DNA of 63,189 nucleotides, counting the filler. It is 7 parts of 7 records of this genome, joined end to end, with 100 filler letters (N's around TTAATTAATTAA, not from the genome) between each part and the next. Parts side by side here need not be neighbours in the genome. Positions count along the whole stretch, not along the records: positions 54,715 to 63,189 come from SRR22947727_189; 6 more parts are not named here. One strand, written 5' to 3'. Position numbers and translations under genes: made by a program. Shown one piece after another: positions 61,582-63,189 of this stretch. How positions within the stretch are numbered: the stretch's first letter is position 1; every line of letters starts with the position of its first letter. Under the pieces are notes generated by a model. That model did no database searches and was not told where the DNA came from. It was given only the letters and a program-made list of their open reading frames with translations.

Positions 61582-62704
61582 ATATTTACTTTTTATTAAA
61601 ATAATTCTTTTCAAATTTTTTTATTTAAATTTATCTTTTCTTAAAAGAGAAATATCTGGTTATCCAAAACATGTTTTAGAATTTGAAAAAGATTTTTCTA
61701 AGTATATTGGAAAACAATATGGTTTAACTTTTTGTAATGGTACTTCGGCCATTGAGGCAGCAATATATGCCCTCAATTTAGATAAAAATTCAGAAATATT
61801 AATTCCTTCAAGTATTTTTCACGCTAGTATTGGACCAATTTTGAGTCAAAATTTCAAAATAAAATTTGTAGACATAGATAACGAAACATTAACAATTGAT
61901 TGTGATGATTTAGAGAAAAAGATAAACGAAAATAGTCGCGCTTTAATAATTGTGCATCCTTGGGGATACCCTTCTAACATGGCAAGAATATTAGAAATTA
62001 CAAAAAAAAATAAAATTAAATTAATTGAAGACTGTTCTCATGCCCATGGAGCAAAATATGAAAATAATATGATTGGAGGTTATGGGGATATAAGTTGTTT
62101 TAGTCTCCAAGGTAATAAAGCTATAGCAGGTGGTGAAGCTGGTATATCTCTAACAAATAATTATGAGTATTATCTTAGAATGTCAGTTTTTGGACATTTT
62201 AATAGGCACGAGATTGAACTAAATAAAAATGAAAATTTGAAATCTTTCAGCAAAACTGGGATATCAAAAAAACTAAGAGCACATCCATTTAGTATTTGTT
62301 TAGCTAAGGTTGATCTTAAAAATATAGATAAAATAAATTTTCACAAAACAATTGTTTATAAAAAAATTGATAAAATTTTATCAAATTATAAGTTTTTAAA
62401 AACAATGAGAATTAATGAAAACGGCTTAAGGGGCGGTTTTTTTGGTGGTTATCCTATAATTATTGATGAAACAAAAAACATAAGTAAAATTATTAGTATA
62501 TTCAATTCTTTCAATTTAAAGTTAATTAAATATCCTTGGTTAAATCATCATAAAATGAAAATTTACACACAAGACAATATCATGCTAAATAATACCGAAG
62601 ATATTTCTGAAAAATTTTTTTTATTAAATATTCCTTATCTTCTTAATTTTAATTATAATGTTTTGTCCAAATGTTTGGAAAGAATCTCAAAAGAAATAAA
62701 TTAG
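61574..62704 (+). CDS. DegT/DnrJ/EryC1/StrS aminotransferase
   Basis: NGTSA, VHPWG, EDCSHAHGA, FSLQGNK..GGEAG; start moved to ATG at 61574 overlapping the GMC stop. Confidence 0.9.
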   Translation: MTKYLLFIKIILFKFFYLNLSFLKREISGYPKHVLEFEKDFSKYIGKQYGLTFCNGTSAIEAAIYALNLDKNSEILIPSSIFHASIGPILSQNFKIKFVDIDNETLTIDCDDLEKKINENSRALIIVHPWGYPSNMARILEITKKNKIKLIEDCSHAHGAKYENNMIGGYGDISCFSLQGNKAIAGGEAGISLTNNYEYYLRMSVFGHFNRHEIELNKNENLKSFSKTGISKKLRAHPFSICLAKVDLKNIDKINFHKTIVYKKIDKILSNYKFLKTMRINENGLRGGFFGGYPIIIDETKNISKIISIFNSFNLKLIKYPWLNHHKMKIYTQDNIMLNNTEDISEKFFLLNIPYLLNFNYNVLSKCLERISKEIN

Positions 62705-63189
62705 TTTTTTTTAAATATAAAACAAAAATTACCCATCTTTAATTTATTTGTCAGTAGGGAAGTTATCAAAATATAAATTATTCTTTTAATAAAATTATTT
62801 GGCAATGTAATAAAAAAATACTTTTTACATAATTTAAAATTAAAATGCTTTGCGCATTTTGATAAAATAGATAATGATTTATCATATTGAATAAGCCACT
62901 GATGCTTATGCCCTGGCTTTGTTCCCACCATATCTAAACCATGAGTTGGTATTCCCTCACCTACTAAAAATCTTAATCTATTTAATAAGTATTCTTCATT
63001 TGGAAGTCCAACCATTACATATTTATTTGATTTCTTTAAAGCAATTTTAAATAATTCATCAAATTTGTCTGTATGCTCCAAAACATCCATTAAAACAACA
63101 CAATCATATTTTTTTCGGTGTTTTTTTAAAAATTTTTCAGTTGTGCTACCATCTTTAAAATATTTTATAAATTTATTTTTTTTTTTTTT
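62701..63189 (-). CDS. Class I SAM methyltransferase, 5' end outside window
   Basis: Frame open to the window end; YDCVVLMDVLEH and LPN motifs. Confidence 0.78.
   Translation of the reverse strand, partial: KKKKNKFIKYFKDGSTTEKFLKKHRKKYDCVVLMDVLEHTDKFDELFKIALKKSNKYVMVGLPNEEYLLNRLRFLVGEGIPTHGLDMVGTKPGHKHQWLIQYDKSLSILSKCAKHFNFKLCKKYFFITLPNNFIKRIIYILITSLLTNKLKMGNFCFIFKKN

Overview
Very AT-rich, gene-dense alphaproteobacterial DNA, most consistent with Pelagibacterales (SAR11); this is inferred from composition, tiny intergenic spacers and protein style. The window is not contiguous: seven contig pieces are joined by six artificial 100-bp spacers (44 N + TTAATTAATTAA + 44 N), so adjacency across spacers means nothing. 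Piece 1 (1-15661): surface-glycan locus (GT4, Wzy, Wzx, two FkbM methyltransferases, PhyH-like dioxygenase, KpsS-like protein, wecB-wecC-asnB-bidomain oxidoreductase) ending in a multiply disrupted galE pseudogene. Piece 2 (15762-22669): sugar-binding protein divergent from an operon of two MocD-like membrane di-iron oxygenases, MocF/MocE-like reductase and Rieske ferredoxin, two degenerate PanB-fold proteins and a sterol-desaturase-family enzyme. This is the best candidate for an undescribed system, probably demethylation of methylated cyclitols or sugars coupled to C1/THF capture. Piece 3 (22770-35714): nucleotide-sugar locus with an orphan PDH-E1 alpha/beta pair (branched-chain sugar candidate), a domain-reversed HldE-like fusion and gmhA/gmhB-like genes. 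Piece 4: mraY-murD-ftsW-murG-murC-murB. Piece 5: clpP, tig (His/Asp tail), tRNA-Leu(TAG), wecA-like, EamA, glnA, suf genes. Piece 6: aldehyde dehydrogenase divergent from iolD, two oxidoreductases and a sugar ABC ATPase. Piece 7: further glycan genes (GDP-mannose 3,5-epimerase, FkbM, TylF, sulfotransferase, Wzx, GMC oxidoreductase, DegT aminotransferase). No rRNA, CRISPR, transposase or phage genes were seen. All family calls come from motif recognition, not database searches.
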